Below, piece after piece: positions 38,540-51,009 of a stretch of 64,000 bases of DNA. The stretch is from Macrostomum lignano (lineage: Eukaryota): NCBI GenBank assembly GCA_002269645.1, contig NIVC01001596.1, positions 59,910 to 123,909 on the forward strand, in the 5' to 3' direction. The position numbers and the translations under genes are program-made. The notes under the pieces were generated by a model, which was given only the letters and a program-made list of their open reading frames with translations, searched no databases and had not been told where the DNA came from. How positions within the stretch are numbered: position 1 is the stretch's first letter; every line of letters begins with the position of its first letter.

Positions 38540-39060
38540 GAGGTTTGACTGGGAGCGGGTGTACATTGTTGGGGGTGGGGTAGGGTTTATTAATGTTTGA
38601 CTGGGAGCGGGTGTACGAGCTACATTGTGGGGAGTGGGGTAGGGTTTATTGAGGTTTGACTGGGAGCGGGTGTACATTGTTGGGGGTGGGGTAGGGTTTA
38701 TTGAGGTTTGACTGGGAGCGGGTGTACATTGTTGGGGGTGGGGTAGGGTTTATTGAGGTTGGACTGGGAGCGGGTGTACATTGTTGGGGGTGGGGTAGGG
38801 TTTATTGAGGTTGGACTGGGAGCGGGTGTACATTGTGGGGGTGGGGTAGGGTTTATTGAGGTTGGACTGGGAGCGGGTGTACATTGTGGGGGTGGGGTAG
38901 GGTTTATTGAGGTTGGACTGGGAGCGGGTGTACATTGTGGGGTGGGGTAGGGTTTATTGAGGTTTGATTGGGAGCGGGTGTACATTGTGGGGGTGGGGTA
39001 GGGTTTATTGAGGTTTGATTGGGAGCGGGTGTACATTGTGGGGGTGGGGGTAGGGTTTGC
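38540..39060. repeat. 51/52-bp G-rich array between convergent 3' ends
   Basis: GGGAGCGGGTGTACATTGTGGGGGTGGGGTAGGGTTTATTGAGGTT. Confidence 0.95.
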
Positions 39061-39952
39061 CGAGGCATGGCTGGGAGCTAGTGTACATCAAGACGTTAAA
39101 AACGTATGCTCTGACCTTCGAAAGCCATGCAAAAGTATATGATCAATCAGAGGTAAATGTTTTTAGTGTTTGTGGCTGTAACAATGAGATAAAAGTTAAA
39201 TTGACCATAATTTGCTGAAATAATATTAAAATAAAAATTCTTGTCACTAAACAAAAATTGACAAGCACAAAGTTAGCACAAGTTGGCACACTGACACCAA
39301 TATGGAATTAAAATGAACTATAACGTACGACGTAATTCGAATTTTAAGTCTCACTAAATTCTTTTTAAAAAACAATGAACACATCAGTAGTGTAAACCGC
39401 AGTTTGGCAAGGAAAAATCTATCATTGTTAGTTACTTGTACATAGTGAACTTATTTTGCTATCGGAATAAATATCATGGTCAGGGTCATGCCAGTTGAAT
39501 AATACTAGACAATTGGACAAAAAATTAAGCAAGGAAAATACACTCAATGAAAACACACCTAGCGACCAAAAAGGACAAAAAGACCACTTACAAAAAGACC
39601 GCACAATATAAAGGAAGCAAACAAAAATTGGTAACGAAACCAGAGGACAATTGGAAGACAGGAACTGCAAAAAACACAACGAAAAGGAAATTAAAAAGTC
39701 GCCTCAATGTGTACTAGCCTACTTACTGAGGGGCACAAGTAGCATAGATCGAGTAAGAGTATATAATGGATTAAATAGAAATATTAATAGACGAGCTGGC
39801 ACTAAAATAACGCAGAAATTGTTGTGACGCCAGAGAATAACCACAGACAGAACTCAGAATTGGGATCCAACTACCTGAAGACTAACATTATTAGTATATT
39901 AATATTATAATATTACACTCAGTAACGAGAAAAGTTATCATAATTGAGGTAT

Positions 39953-40130
39953 TCAACAAGCGCAACCAGATTGCTTCCCAGAGCCGACGTTTCTCTTGTT
40001 GCTGCGTTTAATTGGCAGCTGGCTTTTGTCTACAGATTGTTCGATGCGCAGCATGACCAGATCCAGCAGCTTCTCAACAGCATCTGTCACCTTATAGCCA
40101 GTGGCGGCGCTGGTCTCCACGTACGGGATG
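39953..40130 (-). CDS. RAB27: Rab27 exon 3 (absent from ORF track)
   Basis: [11 protein letters not shown]...[15 protein letters not shown]...SGCAC TGA. Confidence 0.95.
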
Positions 40131-42640
40131 CTGCGCAGGAATAGACAAGATATTGGTGCGTTTGTTATTGTGGTACATTGGAGTGGTTGGCCTACATTGG
40201 GGGTGGTTGGTCTATGTACATTGGGGTGATTGGTCTATGTACATTGGGGTGAGTGGTTTTATGTACATTGGGGTGGTTGGTTTATGTACACTGGGGTGGT
40301 TGGTCTATATACATTGGGGTGGTTGGTCTATGTACATTAGGGTGGTTGGTCTACGTAGATTAAGGGTGGTTGGTCTATGTACATTGGGGTGGCTGATCTT
40401 TGTAGATTAGGGAGGTTGGTCTATGTACATTGGGGTGGTTGGTCTTTGTAGATTAAGGAGGTTGGTCTATGTACATTGGGGTGGTTGGTCTATGTACATT
40501 GGAGTGGTTGGTCTATGTAGATTAAGGGTGGTTGGTCTATGTACATTGGGGTGGTTTATCTTTGTAGATTAGGGAGGTTGGTCTATGTACATTGGGGTGG
40601 TTGGTCTTTGTAGATTAGGGAGGTTGGTCTATGTACATTGGGGTGGTTGGTCTATGTAGATTAGGGAGGTTAGTCTATATACATTGGGGTGTTTGATCTT
40701 TGTAGATTAGGGTGGTTGGTCTATTTAGATTAATGGTGGTTGGTCTATGTACATTAGGGTGGTTGGTCTATTTAGATTAATGGTGGTTGGTCTATGTACA
40801 TTAGGGTGGTTGGTCTATTTAGATTAATGGTGGTTGGTCTATGTACATTAGGGTGGTTGGTCTATGTAGATTAGGGAGGTTGGTCTTTGTAGATTAGGGT
40901 GGTTGGTCTATTTAGATTAATGGTGGTTGTACACTATGTACACTAGGGTTTTATCTATGTACATTATCGCCTTGGTCTATGCACATTAGGGTGCTGGTTT
41001 ATGTACAGCGGACTGGGTGATTAACCATGATCAACTGAAACAAGCATTAAATAGTTGGTTTTTGGCAGAGTTTAGGTTATCAAAAATGTTATAATAGAAA
41101 TGACAATAATGGTAAACTCACTTCAACTCGTCGGCAAGTTTCTGGGCCTCCTCGCTACTGACAACTCGCTGGCTCTCTAAATCTCTCTTGTTGCCAACTA
41201 GGATGATGTCCGGTCGCTCGCAATAAGCATTAGTCTGCAGCAGGGTTAGCCAATTGCGAATGTCCATGAAGCTCTGATTTGAGGTCAAATCGAACACCAA
41301 TAGAAAACCCATCGCGTCGCGAAAAAAAGCCGTGCTTAGAGATCTGAATCGCTCTTGGCCGGCTGTGTCCCTGCGAATGGAAAATTATTTAAATGAAAAA
41401 ATAAATTACGGTTATAATGAGACGCTAATGCTACTCAAAGTAATTGATGTGGCTATTAACAAACTAATAAAAGTTAATAAAATGAAGATAAATTAGTATA
41501 ATTGCAGATAGAATGATCATGAACCAATCAGGGGAAAGTAAACCCCAAACTCCTGCCCCGATATCTCCATTGACCAATCAGAGATCAGTAAACCCCGAAC
41601 TCCTGCCCCGATTTATCCATTGACCAATCAGAGACCAGTAAAGAGTAAACCCCAAACTCCTGCCTTAATCTTTAAATTGACCAATCAGAGAGCAGCAAAC
41701 CAAAAACCTTTTCCCCGATTTCTCCATTGATCAATCAGAGAGCAGTAAACCCCAGACCCTTGTTCCGATCTCTCCATTGACCCATCAGAAAGCAGCCAAC
41801 CCCAAACCCTTGCCCCGATCTCTCCATTGACCAATCAGAGAGCAGTAAACCCCAGACCCTTGTCCCGATCTCTCCATTGACCCATCAGAAAGCAGCCAAC
41901 CCCAAACCCTTGCCCCGATCTCTCCATTGACCAATCAGAGAGCAGTAAACCCCAGACCCTTGTCCCGATCTCTCCATTGACCCATCAGAAAGCAGCCAAC
42001 CCCAAACCCTTGCCCCGATCTCTCCATTGACCAATCAGAGAGCAGTAAACCCCAGACCCTTGTCCCGATCTCTCCATTGACCCATCAGAAAGCAGCCAAC
42101 CCTAAACCCTTGCCCTGATCTCTCCATTGACCAATCAGAGAGCAGCAAACCCTAAACCCTTGCCCTGATCTCTCCATTGACCAATCAGAGAGCAGCAAAC
42201 CCTAAACCCTTGCCCTGATATCTCCATTGACCAATCAGAGACCAGCAAACTCCAAACCCCTACCCCGATCTCTCCATTAACCAATCAGAGACTAGCAAAC
42301 CTCCTATGAGCCTATACTATTTTAAAGTTATTTAAATATCAAAATAAATAAAAACATAAAATCGATCTACTAACCAAAGCTGCAAATGCACTCGTTGAGA
42401 CTCGCCAATAACACCATCGGACACTTGCGATCGGTGAATAACTCGCTTCTGTCGAAAGTCGATGCCAACTGTGCTGACAAATTTGGGATTGAAAGTGCCG
42501 TCAGTGTACTGATACAGCAGGGCGGTCTTGCCAACACCGGAATTGCCCAGAGCCAGCAGCTTCACCAGATAGTCATAGTCGTCAGCAAACTTGCCCTGAC
42601 TTGAGTTAGTGTCAGCTTGTTGAATCATTGAATCCCCCAT
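39953..42640 (-). CDS. RAB27: Rab27 small GTPase, ~230 aa
   Basis: Exons 42640-42375, 41370-41122, 40130-39953 (693 nt, in frame). [18 protein letters not shown], Rab27-type insert before [37 protein letters not shown]-terminal CAC prenylation motif. Confidence 0.95.
40170..41000. repeat. ~23-bp GGTGGTTGGTCTATGTACATTGG array
   Basis: Fills Rab27 intron 2. Confidence 0.92.
41122..41370 (-). CDS. RAB27: Rab27 exon 2
   Basis: [29 protein letters not shown]; cgcag| and |gtgagt. Confidence 0.95.
41515..42300. repeat. 50-bp array carrying TGACCAATCAG (CCAAT box)
   Basis: Period 50, alternating CCAAT/CCCAT units; in Rab27 intron 1. Confidence 0.93.
42375..42640 (-). CDS. RAB27: Rab27 exon 1
   Basis: ATG at 42640 (alternative 42628); donor tg|gttagt. 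Confidence 0.9.
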
Positions 42641-42734
42641 TGCTATTGTAGTTTGATAGTCACTGGCTGAGTCACATGCATTGAAGAAAATCAATACACA
42701 ATAAAGAGCTATACAAGTATTAAAGACTAGTAGC

Positions 42735-43142
42735 CTACTGCATGACCATTCGATTAGCCTAATGACCATTTGATTAGCCTACTGAATGACAATTTGATTA
42801 GCCTACTAACCATTTGATTAGCCTACTGTATGACCATTTGATTAGCCTACTGTATGACAATTTGATTAGCCTACTGACCATTTGATTAGCCTACTGTATG
42901 ACCATTCGATTAGCCTACTAAATGACCATTTGATTAGCCTACTCAATGACCAATTGATTAGCTTACTGAATGACCATTGATTAGCCTACTGTATGACCAT
43001 TTGATTAGCCTACTGTATGACCATTTGATTAGCCTACTGTATTGACCATTTGAATAGCCTACTGTATGACCATTTGATTAGCCTACTGTATGACCATTTG
43101 ATTAGCCTACTGTATGACCATTTGATTAGCCAACTGTATGAG
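42735..43142. repeat. 24-bp TTTGATTAGCCTACTGTATGACCA array
   Basis: Direct inspection. Confidence 0.92.
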
Positions 43143-43442
43143 CACCGGAGTAGCCTAGCCTAAACAAGCCATATTAGCCATGAGACAAAAAAGTAGTTTA
43201 GATAAGCAGATTCTGTACATAAACATTTGGTCTAAATTTATTGCGTATAAATGCAAAAACTATTCACACTTCAATTTTCGATACGAATTCACAAAGCAAT
43301 ATAAAAAGAGCAGGCAAAGAAAGAGTGAACTCGCGTAAAAATGTTCAGCTTAACATGATTGACCAAGGAGGAACTCGCAGCAAAAAATGCAAAAAAAAAT
43401 AAAATCATGATAGCTACGATAAAAAATAAACTGAATACAAAG

Positions 43443-46400
43443 TCAATTGCTGTGAACAGACGTCATGCTAACATCAGCGCTAGCCGCCAAGTTCACATCC
43501 TCCACGGCTTTGTCGAGATTGGCATCAGCGGATTCCGGCTCGAACCCGATTGATTTAGCGGCATCGTCGTCGAATATTTCTGCAGAGGATTCAAATTCTT
43601 GGACTCCATCAGGTGAGGGCAGAGGTGCGCTAAAAATAGGGAAGAAGCATGTAAAAATTGTGCGGATGGGGGCTTGTAGAATACGTTTTTCTAGACGGGG
43701 GAGGGTTCGGAAAGGGAAGAGTGTACATTGGGCTGAGAGGGGTTTGGAAAGGGAAGAGTGTACATTGGGCTGAGAGGGGTTTGGAAAGGGAAGAGTGTAC
43801 ATTGGTCTGAGAGGGGTTTGGAAAGGGAAGAGTGTACATTGGGCTGAGAGGGGTTTGGAAAGGGAAGAGTGTACATTGGGCTGAGAGGGGTTTGGAAAGG
43901 GAAGAGTGTACATTGGGCTGAGATGGGTTTGGAAAGGGAAGAGTGTACATTGGGCTGAGAGGGGTTCGGAAAGGGAAGACTGTACATTGGGCTGGGAAGA
44001 GAGGGCTTCAATGGGAAGGGCAGAGTGTACATTGTGCTGGGGATGGAGAGTTTTGATGGGGAGGGGCAGAGTGTACATTGTGCTGGGGATGGAGAGTTTT
44101 GATGGGGAGGGGCAGAGTGTACATTGTGCTGGGGATGGAGAGTTTCGATGGGGAGGGGCAGAGTGTACATTGTGCTGGGGATGGAGAGTTTCGATGGGGA
44201 GGGGCAGAGTGTACATTGTGCTGGGGAGGGAGGGTTTCGATAGGGGCAAAGTGTACATTGTGCTGGGGAGGGAGAGTTTCGATGGGGAGGGGCAGAGTGT
44301 ACATTGCGCTGGGAAGTTTGACAGAAAGCACATCAAGGCAAGAGATGAATGAAATGGTGGGATAGAGTATACTTTCTATAGGAATCGCAGATCACAATAA
44401 GCTCATAAAGGACGAAAACAACTCACGACTGCAGCTCCTGGATAGACTCCATTGGCTTGTATTCAACTAACAAGCGTTGTAGCAGAGGTGGCGCCATTCG
44501 TTTTCGAGGACTTTGCGGATTCGGTGACACGTGAAGGTCAGTCAACCGAGGAGTCGTATCGAACGTTATTATTTGAGTCTGGCATGTAGTAACGGAAACG
44601 CTAGTCAGGACTGACAAAGATGACAAGTTTTTGACAGCTGTAATGAATAAATTAATACAGGCGTTAGAGTCCAGTCTATCGATATTAAAACTGTCAGTAG
44701 AAAAAAATTTGCGCAAACCACTTGCCGTTCAATTTCTCTGCTAGTCGCTTGCTTCTCATTATTTCAGGCGACGATGCTACAAACGATAGGCGACGTCGCT
44801 TGGCCGCTGGTGAAGAGGAGCGAAGGATCGGCGACTGATTAGTTGGGGCGTCCCGCCTTCGCCTGAATAATTTAGTTAATATTTGGTAATATGGGATGAA
44901 GTGTAAATCTAGCCAACATCATATGGATTGCTAATCTAGCCAACATTATATGGATTGCTAATCTAGCCAACATCATATAGATTGCTAATCTAGCCAACAT
45001 CATATGGATTGCTAATCTAGCCAACATCATATGGATTGCTAATCTAGCCAACATCATGTGGATTGCTAATCTAGCCAACATCATATGGATTGCTAATCTA
45101 GCCAACATCATATGGATTGCTAATCTAGCCAACATCATATGGATTGTTAATCTAGCCAACATCATATGGATTGCTAATCTAGCCAACATCATATGGATTG
45201 CTAATCTAGCCAACATCATATGGATTGCTAATCTAGCCAACATCATATGGATTGCTAATCTAGCCAACATCATATGGATTGCTAATCTAGCCAACATCAT
45301 ATGGATTGCTAATCTAGCCAACATCGTATGGATTGCTAATCTAGCTATTTAGCAAACTAATCTAGCCAACATCATATGGATTGCTAATCTAGCCAACATC
45401 ATATGGATTGCTAATCTAGCCAACATCATATGGATTGCTAATCTAGCTATTTAGCAAACTAATCTAGCCAACATCATATGGATTGCTAATCTAGCTATTT
45501 AGCAAACTAATCTAGCCAACATCATATGGATTGCTAATCTAGCTATTTAGCAAACTAATCTAGCCAACATCATATGGATTGCTAATCTAGCTATTTAGCA
45601 AACTAATCTAGCCAACACCATATGGATTGCTAATCTAGCCAACATCATATGGATTGCTAATCTAGCCAACATCATATGGATTGCTAATCTAGCCAACATC
45701 ATATGGATTGCTAATCTAGCCAACACCATATGGATTGCTAATCTAGCCAACATCATATGGATTGCTAATCTAGCCAACACCATATGGATTGCTAATCTAG
45801 CCAACATCATATGGATTGCTAATCTAGCCAACATCATATGGATTGCTAATCTAGCCAACATCATATGGATTGCTAATCTAGCCAACATCATATGGATTGC
45901 TAATCTAGCCAACACCATATGGATTGCTAATCTAGCCAACATCATATGGATTGCTAATCTAGCCAACACCATATGGATTGCTAATCTAGCCAACATCATA
46001 TGGATTGCTAATCTAGCCAACACTATATGGATTGCTAATCTAGCCAACATCATATGGATTGCTAATCTAGCCAACATCATATGGATTGCTAATCTAGCTA
46101 TTTAGCAAACTAATATAGCCAACATCATATGGATTGCTAATCTAGCTATTTAGCAAACTAATCTAGCCAACATCATATGGATTGCTAATCTAGCCAACAT
46201 CATATGGATTGCTAATCTAGCCAACATCATATGGATTGCTAATCTAGCCAACATCATATGGATTGCTAATCTAGCCAACATCATATGGATTGCTAATCTA
46301 GCCAACATCATATGGATTGCTAATCTAGCTATTTAGCAAACTAATCTAGCCAACACCATATGGATTGCTAATCTAGCTATTTAGCAAACTAATCTAGCCA

Positions 46401-49013
46401 ACATCATATGGATTGCTAATCTAGCCAACATCATATGGATTGCTAATCTAGCCAACATCATATGGATTGCTAATCTAGCTATTTAGCAAACTAATCTAGC
46501 CAACATCATATGCATTGCTAATCTAGCCAACACCATATGGATTGCTAATCTAGCCAACATCATATGGATTGCTAATCTAGCCAACACTATATGGATTGCT
46601 AATCTAGCCAACATCATATGGATTGCTAATCTAGCCAACATCATATGGATTGCTAATCTAGCCAACATCATATGGATTGCTAATCTAGCTATTTAGCAAA
46701 CTAATCTAGCCAACATCATATGGATTGCTAATCTAGCCAACATCATATGGATTGCTAATCTAGCCAACATCATATGGATTGCTAATCTAGCCAACACCAT
46801 ATGGATTGCTAATCTAGCCAACATCATATGGATTGCTAATCTAGCCAACACTATATGGATTGCTAATCTAGCCAACATCATATGGATTGCTAATCTAGCT
46901 AACATCATATGGATTGCTAATCTAGCCAACATCATATGGATTGCTAATCTAGCTATTTAGCAAACTAATCTAGCCAACACCATATGGATTGCTAATCTAG
47001 CCAACATCATATGGATTGCTAATCTAGCTATTTAGCAAACTAATCTAGCCAACATCATATGCATTGCTAATCTAGCCAACATCATATGGATTGCTAATCT
47101 AGCTAACATCATATGGATTGCTAATCTAGCCAACATCATATGGATTGCTAATCTAGCCAACACCATATGGATTGCTAATCTAGCCAACACTATATGGATT
47201 GCTAATCTAGCCAACATCATATGGATTGCTAATCTAGCTAACATCATATGGATTGCTAATCTAGCCAACATCATATGGATTGCTAATCTAGCTATTTAGC
47301 AAACTAATCTAGCCAACACCATATGGATTGCTAATCTAGCCAACATCATATGGATTGCTAATCTAGCTATTTAGCAAACTAATCTAGCCAACATCATATG
47401 GATTGCTAATCTAGCCAACATCATATGGATTGCTAATCTAGCCAACACCATATGGATTGCTAATCTAGCCAACACTATATGGATTGCTAATCTAGCCAAC
47501 ATCATATGGATTGCTAATCTAGCCAACATCATATGGATTGCTAATCTAGCCAACATCATATGGATTGCTAATCTAGCTATTTAGCAAACTAATCTAGCCA
47601 ACATCATATGGATTGCTAATCTAGCCAACATCATATGGATTGCTAATCTAGCCAACATCATATGGATTGCTAATCTAGCCAACACCATATGGATTGCTAA
47701 TCTAGCCAACATCATATGGATTGCTAATCTAGCCAACACTATATGGATTGCTAATCTAGCCAACATCATATGGATTGCTAATCTAGCTAACATCATATGG
47801 ATTGCTAATCTAGCCAACATCATATGGATTGCTAATCTAGCTATTTAGCAAACTAATCTAGCCAACACCATATGGATTGCTAATCTAGCCAACATCATAT
47901 GGATTGCTAATCTAGCTATTTAGCAAACTAATCTAGCCAACATCATATGCATTGCTAATCTAGCCAACATCATATGGATTGCTAATCTAGCTAACATCAT
48001 ATGGATTGCTAATCTAGCCAACATCATATGGATTGCTAATCTAGCCAACACCATATGGATTGCTAATCTAGCCAACACTATATGGATTGCTAATCTAGCC
48101 AACATCATATGGATTGCTAATCTAGCTAACATCATATGGATTGCTAATCTAGCCAACATCATATGGATTGCTAATCTAGCTATTTAGCAAACTAATCTAG
48201 CCAACACCATATGGATTGCTAATCTAGCCAACATCATATGGATTGCTAATCTAGCTATTTAGCAAACTAATCTAGCCAACATCATATGGATTGCTAATCT
48301 AGCTATTTAGCAAACTAATCTAGCCAACATCATATGGATTGCTAATCTAGCCAACATCATATGGATTGCTAATCTAGCCAACACCATATGGATTGCTAAT
48401 CTAGCCAACATCATATGGATTGCTAATCTAGCCAACATCATATGGATTGCTAATCTAGCCAACATCATATGGATTGCTAATCTAGCCAACACCATATGGA
48501 TTGCTAATCTAGCCAACATAATGTGAATTGCTAATCTAGCCAGCATCATATGGATTGCTAATCTAGCCAACATAATGTGAATTGCTAATCTAGCCAACAT
48601 CATATGGATTGCTAATCTAGCCAACACCATATGGATTGCTAATCTAGCCAACATCATATGGATTGCTAATCTAGCCAACATCATATGGATTGCTAATCTA
48701 GCCAACATCATATGGATTGCTAATCTAGCCAACACCATATGGATTGCTAACCTAGCCAACATCATATGGATTGCTAATCTAGCCAACATCATATGGATTG
48801 CTAATCTAGCCAACATCATATGGATTGCTAATCTAGCCAACACCATATGGATTGCTAATCTAGCCAACATAATGTGAATTGCTAATCTAGCCAGCATCAT
48901 ATGGATTGCTAATCTAGCCAACATCATGTCATAGCTAATCCACAGCCGTATTACCTAAGAACCAGCCGATTGTTGCCAAGCTGCCAGTTATAAGTACAAT
49001 CTTGCCCAGTCAT
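43443..49013 (-). CDS. Unrecognised spliced gene, ~197 aa, Ser/Pro/Thr-rich with basic NLS-like motif and acidic tail
   Basis: Exons 49013-48955, 44862-44726 (GC donor), 44637-44427, 43629-43443 total 594 nt and read through to TGA. Strong sites at 44427 (|gtgagt) and 43629 (cttccctatttttag|); the first exon is less certain. Confidence 0.55.
43705..44312. repeat. Adjacent 37-bp and 46-bp G-rich arrays sharing AGAGTGTACATTG
   Basis: Direct inspection. Confidence 0.93.
44905..48930. repeat. 4-kb 27-bp TAGCCAACATCATATGGATTGCTAATC array with punctuating variant and 888-bp higher-order repeat
   Basis: Direct inspection; duplicated ORF-track entries offset by 888. Confidence 0.98.
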
Positions 49014-49439
49014 TAGCAGAGCAAGTCATGCAGTTAGCCTTGTCACGTTTATTTGTCTGAAAAAGTGTAAACTATTAGTAAGTAACTGAAACATAAATAT
49101 TGATATAAAGCTAAATCAATCGGAAAGACTTTCATTGTAAGCTCGGATCGCTAGCCTAGAAGCGCCAAGTAAATGAGAACAGTTTGCTATAAACAAAAAA
49201 TAAGCCAAGGGAACAGACAGAAAATCAGGCTTAGAAAAATTCGCAAGTAAAATGAGACTTACACTGTGCGAAAATAGCGAATAACTAATTAACTAACAGT
49301 AGAAGCACAGAAAGATCTGGCAAACCCCGCTACTGGTAATGAGAAGCAATTGCATAAAGGTCAAGAGATCAACATGAGACCGCAATCTATTCAGTGTAAG
49401 AGCTTGCTTGAAGAGAGAAAACAAGAGATATGGACAGAA

Positions 49440-49458
49440 TGGTAGACAGACACAAGTC

Positions 49459-49503
<45 letters not shown>

Positions 49504-49585
49504 CAAGTCAGACAGACAAACAGACAGACAGACAGAAAGACAGACAGACAGACAGGCAGACACTAAGACAGACAGGCAGACACTA

Positions 49586-49630
<45 letters not shown>

Positions 49631-49665
49631 GGCAGGCAGACACTAAGACAGACAGGCAGACACTA

Positions 49666-49710
<45 letters not shown>

Positions 49711-49770
49711 GGCAGGCAGACACTAAGACAGACAGGCAGACACTAAGACAGACAGACAGACAGACACTAA
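49440..49770. repeat. (GACA)n compound microsatellite
   Basis: Direct inspection. Confidence 0.93.
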
Positions 49771-49995
49771 GGGCGGAGAAAGAAGCAGGCACAGACGGGC
49801 AGCTACCAAAACTCGCTATAATAATAAGATTACAAACGGACAATGCAAATGAAAGAAGAGTAAGTTGGCTTAGCTAATAAAGCAGCTTCTAAAGCCGATT
49901 TGAAGCAAATACTTTAGCAGTGTGGAATGCACAACTGTATTTCTTGTGCCAAAATTAATAAATATAATTTGCAACACATATTAATATGTAAATAT

Positions 49996-50032
<37 letters not shown>

Positions 50033-50563
50033 GCAAGTCTTAATAGCAGTAGCAATACAAAACAAGTGTTAAACGTGCAGAGAAACCGGTATGCACACAC
50101 ACGAAACAAACAGTGGCGTCGGTTTATCGGGAGGGGTGCTAATTTTTTTTGACGCTTTAATCGTGACGACACAACGCCGGCTGGGTAAGTAAAGATCTGC
50201 AAATTTCATTTCCTTTCATACGAATAGTTTCACCTGGAATGCAACTGGAACGCAACAGTGTAACAGGAACAGAAGCAGCAATTAAGTAATAAAGAATCAG
50301 ATTTATCAGACAGATGGGGCCTTGTAGTGTTTCTTTTCGCGTGCAACTGGAAATCAAGGCGGCACACAGGATGGAGCAGCACCATTTCGAAATTTATTTT
50401 CGTCGGGGGAGCCCTGAAATTAATGGCCTTGAAACATTTTTAGCTAGCGTACCCATAAAGCTTGCGCGACCTTGAAGACTTAATTTCAATTGGCTCGTTA
50501 AACTAACACGCGCAGAGTGAATGCGCTGTGTTGCTATTTTTAGCTTATTGGGTGGGAATCACC

Positions 50564-51009
50564 CACAGATACTAAAACAACTAGATGGGCCACTCAGGCA
50601 TAGGTATTTAGTAAAACTGCTTTCTACTTTCAGTTCAGTAGCAAAGAAGAATACTATAGCTATTTTATAAAAATAAAGGCGGCTGAAACGACTGATAAGT
50701 TTAGAAGCCCGAAGCTTGCAGGCGTAAACAGCTTGCTAATTGGTTCAGCAATAATGTACATTGGCCAGTCCACTGAAATGTACATGGCAGCTTAGGCTGG
50801 AATTCCGAGAAAGGCAATAAAAATTGGGGCGGGGCAGGGGGTAGTGTGGAAAGGCGCGGTTGAAGGGTTTAAGCGAGGGGGTAAGAGCCAATAAATGAGC
50901 CGTGGCTTTAAAAATGAATTAAAATGCTTCGGTTTAACTTACTACTGAACTGAAAGTAGTTTACATGCAAATTTGCAGAGTGGCCCATCTAGCCATTCTA
51001 GTATCTGTG
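50564..51009. mobile_element. hAT-like MITE, 446 bp
   Basis: Perfect 11-bp TIR CACAGATACTA/TAGTATCTGTG; 8-bp TSD GAATCACC at 50556-50563 and 51010-51017; inverted subterminal motifs CTAGATGGGCCACTC and CTACTTTCAGTTCAGTAG. Confidence 0.85.

Noticed and set aside
43460-43612. Plus-strand symmetric exon-like stretch (cag|...|gtgagg)
   Set aside because: The minus strand has a much stronger acceptor, phase continuity with the 44427 donor, a stop and a poly(A) signal; no plus-strand partner exons were found.
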